DNA from: Candidatus Tiddalikarchaeum anstoanum
GTDB taxonomy: Archaea; Nanobdellota; Nanobdellia; Tiddalikarchaeales; Tiddalikarchaeaceae
Reading direction: 5' to 3'
Length of the DNA stretch: 32,000 bases
Assembly (NCBI GenBank): GCA_902385255.1
Contig: CABMEV010000001.1
Coordinates: 50,496 to 82,495 of the forward strand
A program made the position numbers and the translations under genes. Of this stretch, positions 27,682 to 32,000 are shown piece after piece. Position 1 is the stretch's first letter, and the number at the start of each line of letters is the position of its first letter. The notes beneath the pieces are model-generated. The model ran no database searches and was not told the DNA's origin. It saw nothing but the letters and a program-made list of their open reading frames with translations.

Positions 27682-28971
27682 ATGCACCTCGAAAACTTGC
27701 TGAAGAAGGTTACTACGAAAAAGTTAATCTCATTTTATAATATTGTTGAGAAATTAAAAACTACTATGAGGTATGATAACCAGGAGGGTATTGCTGACTC
27801 TGTTGCTGACCATTCTTTCAGGCTGGGTGTCATGGCATACTTAGTTGCCGAGCATTATAACCTTGATATTGACAAGACTAAAGCGGTTGATTTGGCTTTA
27901 ATTCATGATATGGGCGAGTACTTGCATGGTGATGTGGACCAGAGAAAGATAAGGGAGGGAGTGGTTTCGAAGGATGATAAGGAGAAGCTTGAAGAGGAAG
28001 GTTTAAATGAGTTAAAAAAAGCTCTTCCAAGGACTATGCGTAATTATCTGTCGAATTTATGGGAAGAATATAATTCTTTGTCAACTCCTGAGTCAAAGTA
28101 TATTAAGGCGTTGGATAAGTTGGAGAGTATGCTTCGCATATCCAACAAGGGGTATAAAGTGTTTATGCCTTCATTCACTGGCGAGAATGATGGCGCCCAA
28201 GCGAAGCTGATAAATTACGCGGATAATGCTGTCCGCTCATATCCACCTCTTGCCTGTTTGAATTCTATTGTTAAGAATAGGATTAAGTCAGAGTTTGACA
28301 AAGTGGGTTTTTCGTGGCCTAGTTCCTGCAATGAATTCCTGGATTCCGGATGCTCTGATGATTTGGTGCAGATTGTTTCCTTCCTTGATACTATTGAGAA
28401 TTTAAAGTGCGAGCTTAGGTATGGCAAGGTTAAGACTAGTATGAGCGAGTCTGTTGCCGGCCACATGTTCAAGCTTGCAGTTATGACTTTCAGTTTCGCT
28501 AAGCAGTACGATTTGAAGCTTGATGTTTATCATGCGTTAAAGCTTGCTTTAGTTCATGACTTGGGTGAGTGTTTCGAGGGTGATATTCCTGCTGCTGACG
28601 TCCACTTGGGTGAGATTTCCAAGGAGGAGAAGTTCTCTATTGAAGAACGCGGTTTTAAAAAACTCTGAGGGTTATTGCCTGAGAATTTAGGCACTGATAT
28701 TTTAGATTTATGGAAGGAGTATGAGGTCGGGGCGACGATTGAGTCGCAGTACGTTAACGCATTGGATAAATTGGAGGCCCAGCTTCATGTCTGCAGCGTT
28801 GGGGAACATCGTTTATTGAAGAGTTACAGTCTAACTCCTGTTTATGCTGACAAGGCAGTTCTTAGGCTTAATATATTTAAGGATATGCTGCAGAGTATTA
28901 AGATTACTATGAGGGCGCAGTTTGAGAATGAAGGTTTAGAGTGGAAGAAGGATTATAACCTGTTTATGTAA
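27682..28971 (+). pseudogene. Tandem HD-domain phosphohydrolase (two HD repeats), interrupted by in-frame TGA at 28666-28668
   Basis: Track ORFs 27682-28668 and 28675-28971 share frame. Copy 1 HSFRLGVMAYLVA...LIHDMGEYLHGDV; copy 2 GHMFKLAVMTFSFA...LVHDLGECFEGDI; both copies share ...ALDKLE. Confidence 0.85.
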
Positions 28972-29360
28972 TTGTTTTGTTTTAATTCCCTGTATTGCCT
29001 GTACCACTCGTCAACTCTTTTGCAGTCCAGTGTCGGGTTCATCTCAATGTGTGGTTTTAATGCTCCGCTGAATGTTTTTGGGATGTGTAATAATTCATGT
29101 ATTAATACTTTAACTTTGTCATCTTCGTTCAGGTTCAAGTATTTTGAGTATAATAATTCTATTACATATTTTGGGCTGCTGTTGAATGCTGCTGTGAAGA
29201 TTCTTGGAGTGCTCCATATCCTGGCGAGTGCTCTGCTTGTGCTGTTTTTTGAGAATACGCATCTTACGAATTCGGTGTTGATGTGGTCCCAGCCTAGTGT
29301 TTCAACCAAGTCTTTCATCTTTTGTTCTGCTTCATCTGCGCGTATAAAATCAAGATTCAT
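28953..29360 (-). CDS. Predicted metallopeptidase (HExxH-type)
   Basis: VKVLIHELLHIPKTFSGALKPH. Confidence 0.75.
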   Translation of the reverse strand: MNLDFIRADEAEQKMKDLVETLGWDHINTEFVRCVFSKNSTSRALARIWSTPRIFTAAFNSSPKYVIELLYSKYLNLNEDDKVKVLIHELLHIPKTFSGALKPHIEMNPTLDCKRVDEWYRQYRELKQNNYINRL

Positions 29361-29454
29361 TACTGTTAAAGGTTTATCAGCTTCTCTTTTTAAATTAATA
29401 TATCTTAAATTGATAATCTTTTTAAACCGCTCAGTCTCTAAATTATTTTATTCC

Positions 29455-29526
29455 GGGCTGGTAGCTCAGTAGTAGAGCGCCGCATTTGCAATGCGGAGGT
29501 CCAGGGTTCGAATCCCTGCCAGTCCA
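29455..29526 (+). tRNA. tRNA-Ala (TGC)
   Basis: Acceptor GGGCTGG/CCAGTCC including G3:U70, anticodon stem-loop CCGCA-TTTGCAA-TGCGG, T-arm CAGGG-TTCGAAT-CCCTG. Confidence 0.96.
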
Positions 29527-29565
29527 TTAAAAACTATTTAAAGACATTTATTTCTTAATTCTTAA

Positions 29566-30822
29566 ATGGTTAATCAAAAAATTTATACTTTAACTAATGG
29601 GTTATTAGTAGGATTAGAGAAAGATGATTCTAAAATAGTGTCAGTTAAGTTAATTTTGAATACAGGTTTGTTAGATGAACTTCCTGGAGATGAAGGAATA
29701 TCACATTATGTTGAACATATGATAATTAGAGGGGGGTCCAAAAAATATACACAAACAAAGTGTGATGAAATTAATCGTTCATTTACTTATAATGCTACTA
29801 CTTATTCTGATAAAACTGAATATATAGGTTCGTTCTTAGCAGAAGATACAAATCTTTTTATAGATTACTTATCAGATACAGTCTTTAATCCAATATTTGA
29901 TAATAATAAATTAGAAGAGGAACGTAAAAGAATATTACAAGAAATTTCTGATAAAAAGGGAGATTATGTTTTTAAAGATTTTAAGTTATTTTATGATGAA
30001 CTTTTTGGAAAATATGCAAATCATAATTATGACGCATCACTTGAAAAATCAGTAATTTCTTCAGCTACTGTTAAACAACTTAAAAAATTTCACAAAAATA
30101 ATTATTTACCTGGAAATAGTAAATTAATAATTAAAGGAGACTTCCCAGATAATATTGAAGACTTAATAATAACTAATTTTGGAGACTTAAAAGGCAGTAA
30201 AAAAAAGATTATTCACCAAACTCCTCAAAATATAAATGGACCTAGAATAATTCATACTAGAGCTACCGAAACTGAAAGTTTAGTTATAAAAATAGGTATT
30301 CCTATATATTCAGATAAAAAAGAGGAAAAAACATTAATAGATCTAATTTCATACATTTTAGGAGGAGCATATAATTTTGAATCGGAATTATTTAATTCTT
30401 TAAGTTTAAAAAAAGGTTTAGTATATTCTATTAATGTTAATTATAATAATAACTGTATTTTTATAAATTGCAGAACAAATCCTAATAATAAAGAAGAAAC
30501 AATTGATGCAATATTTTCATCTTTTGAGGATATTAGAACAAAATTAATACCTGAAGACAAACTTAATCATATTAAGAAAAAGGCTAAATATGGAATTTTA
30601 TTAATTAATGAATTGAGTAAACATAGTTTTGAAGGATTAGAAGACAAAATTAATGGAGATAATTTTGATGAAAACATAGATATTATTAATAATGTAACAC
30701 CTGAAAATATAAAAGAAACTGCAATAAAATTCCTTCCTGAAAATAAGAATGGTAATTATGTAATGTTATTAAAAGACCCATTAAAAGAATCAGAAACTAA
30801 TCAATCTGATTATACAATTTAA
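29566..30822 (+). CDS. M16 family zinc peptidase
   Basis: Inverted zinc motif HYVEH in GDEGISHYVEHMIIRGGSKKYTQ, downstream EEERKRILQEISD. Confidence 0.93.
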   Translation: MVNQKIYTLTNGLLVGLEKDDSKIVSVKLILNTGLLDELPGDEGISHYVEHMIIRGGSKKYTQTKCDEINRSFTYNATTYSDKTEYIGSFLAEDTNLFIDYLSDTVFNPIFDNNKLEEERKRILQEISDKKGDYVFKDFKLFYDELFGKYANHNYDASLEKSVISSATVKQLKKFHKNNYLPGNSKLIIKGDFPDNIEDLIITNFGDLKGSKKKIIHQTPQNINGPRIIHTRATETESLVIKIGIPIYSDKKEEKTLIDLISYILGGAYNFESELFNSLSLKKGLVYSINVNYNNNCIFINCRTNPNNKEETIDAIFSSFEDIRTKLIPEDKLNHIKKKAKYGILLINELSKHSFEGLEDKINGDNFDENIDIINNVTPENIKETAIKFLPENKNGNYVMLLKDPLKESETNQSDYTI

Positions 30823-30915
30823 GCTTAATATTTTTTATTTTAGAATAGTAACTCATTTAATGAAATTTAATCAATTTATCTGATTTTTTTAATGTTAGGA
30901 TTGAGCAGCTTCCGA

Positions 30916-30937
30916 GGCTTGAATCCCTGCCAGTCCA
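30916..30937 (+). repeat. Partial duplicate of tRNA-Ala 3' end (att-site-like)
   Basis: GGCTTGAATCCCTGCCAGTCCA versus tRNA 29505-29526 GGTTCGAATCCCTGCCAGTCCA: 20/22 identical, last 17 perfect. Confidence 0.8.
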
Positions 30938-31206
30938 AATCATTTATTTATTAAATAGGATTAATGCTCCTGGTGAAGTGGAACAAATAAGTTTTAAAGG
31001 TATTAATACTAAGTTAAAGAAAGGAGGATTGTTTTAATTATGGTATTCAAAAAGAAAGAAAAGAAAGAAAAGAAATAATTTTAATCTATACTATTGTTAA
31101 TTTTTATTATTGTAAGTATTCATTTGCAAGTAAGTACTATCCTATAATTTAAAGGTGCAGATGAATTCTTTATATTTTAAAGAATCAGATAACTAAATAT
31201 TACTGT

Positions 31207-31446
31207 TTAATTCTTTTTTTGAATATAATTCTCTGCTTCTGAATAAGTAATATTAAGCGAGCAGCTTAATTCCTTGCATAAAAAGTCTTTATACTTGACG
31301 TTCAGCTTATCCTTATTGCCTTTATAGAATTCTATAAAAGTAACCTTGAATATGTCCATTTTTTTGGTTAATTTATCCTTATTATTTGAAGCATCTAATA
31401 CTAATTCCTCTAATCTGCTTATTTCAACATTAGCTAATCCGTTCAT
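31207..31446 (-). CDS. Hypothetical protein
   Basis: 79-aa ORF. Confidence 0.5.
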   Translation of the reverse strand: MNGLANVEISRLEELVLDASNNKDKLTKKMDIFKVTFIEFYKGNKDKLNVKYKDFLCKELSCSLNITYSEAENYIQKKN

Positions 31447-31567
31447 TCAAAAAATAATTCGAAAATTTAATAGTTATAAGGCTTTTCTTTAAACAATACA
31501 CATTTAATACATTATATAAAAAGCAACACTTTTAATGTAAAAAAGTTAGTAAAATTAACGAATTTTT

Positions 31568-32000
31568 ATGAACAACGCCGTTGAATTAGTGCATTATCAC
31601 ACAGAATGGTGCGATTCAAGTGTAAGCAACCTCAACCAAGTCTTGGTCAAAGCCTGCTGCGAGGCAGAAAAAAACAGCGCCCAAAAATATAAGAATTATT
31701 TTCTGAATAACTTCAAAGAGCTTAACTTAGTGCTTGACTTATTATATGATGAACTGCTCGACGCTTACATTAAGGGAGAAAGCAGTAATTCTTACTATCT
31801 TGAACGCTTATTTGAGGAAGCAGTCAAGAAGTACGAGTTATGTCTTGACAACCCAAAAGAAATAATTAAAAAATCGAAAAAAGAACTGCACTCATCAATG
31901 CTATGGAAGTACTCTAAAATGCTTGACTTAGTTGACGAATACAAAAAAGAAAAAATAGACATGGGCTTCCTGTTAAATATGAAATCATTCTTCGAATCCC
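31568..32000 (+). CDS. Hypothetical protein, partial at window end
   Basis: Own translation: open frame from ATG 31568 to window end, MNNAVELVHYHTEWCDSSVSNLNQVLVKACCEAEKNSAQKYKNYF...; absent from supplied track, presumably because it is truncated. Confidence 0.65.
   Translation, partial: MNNAVELVHYHTEWCDSSVSNLNQVLVKACCEAEKNSAQKYKNYFLNNFKELNLVLDLLYDELLDAYIKGESSNSYYLERLFEEAVKKYELCLDNPKEIIKKSKKELHSSMLWKYSKMLDLVDEYKKEKIDMGFLLNMKSFFES

Overview
AT-rich archaeal window, most likely DPANN-type (small genes, archaeal 16S rRNA, an intron-bearing tRNA, form III-like RuBisCO). I find one 16S rRNA gene with no 23S downstream, four tRNAs (Ile-TAT with a 43-nt intron, Glu-TTC, Leu-AAG, Ala-TGC), about 40 protein genes and several short ORFs missing from the supplied track. 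Main findings: (1) an overlapping FakA-like (DAK2) / FakB-like (DegV) / PlsY / beta-helix acyltransferase operon followed by glycosyltransferases, i.e. a bacterial-style acyl-phosphate/lysophosphatidate route in an archaeon; (2) three conserved genes (inositol monophosphatase, RuBisCO, tandem HD-domain protein) interrupted by in-frame stops with conserved sequence on both sides and no frameshift; (3) two unusual tRNA anticodons, Ile-UAU and Leu-AAG; (4) a 20/22-nt copy of the tRNA-Ala 3' end bracketing an M16 peptidase gene, like attL/attR; (5) 16S termini that mismatch common full-length primers; (6) a 38-aa extremely basic ORF resembling eL41-type ribosomal peptides. No CRISPR array or transposase was seen. 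All family calls are motif recognition by eye; no searches were run.
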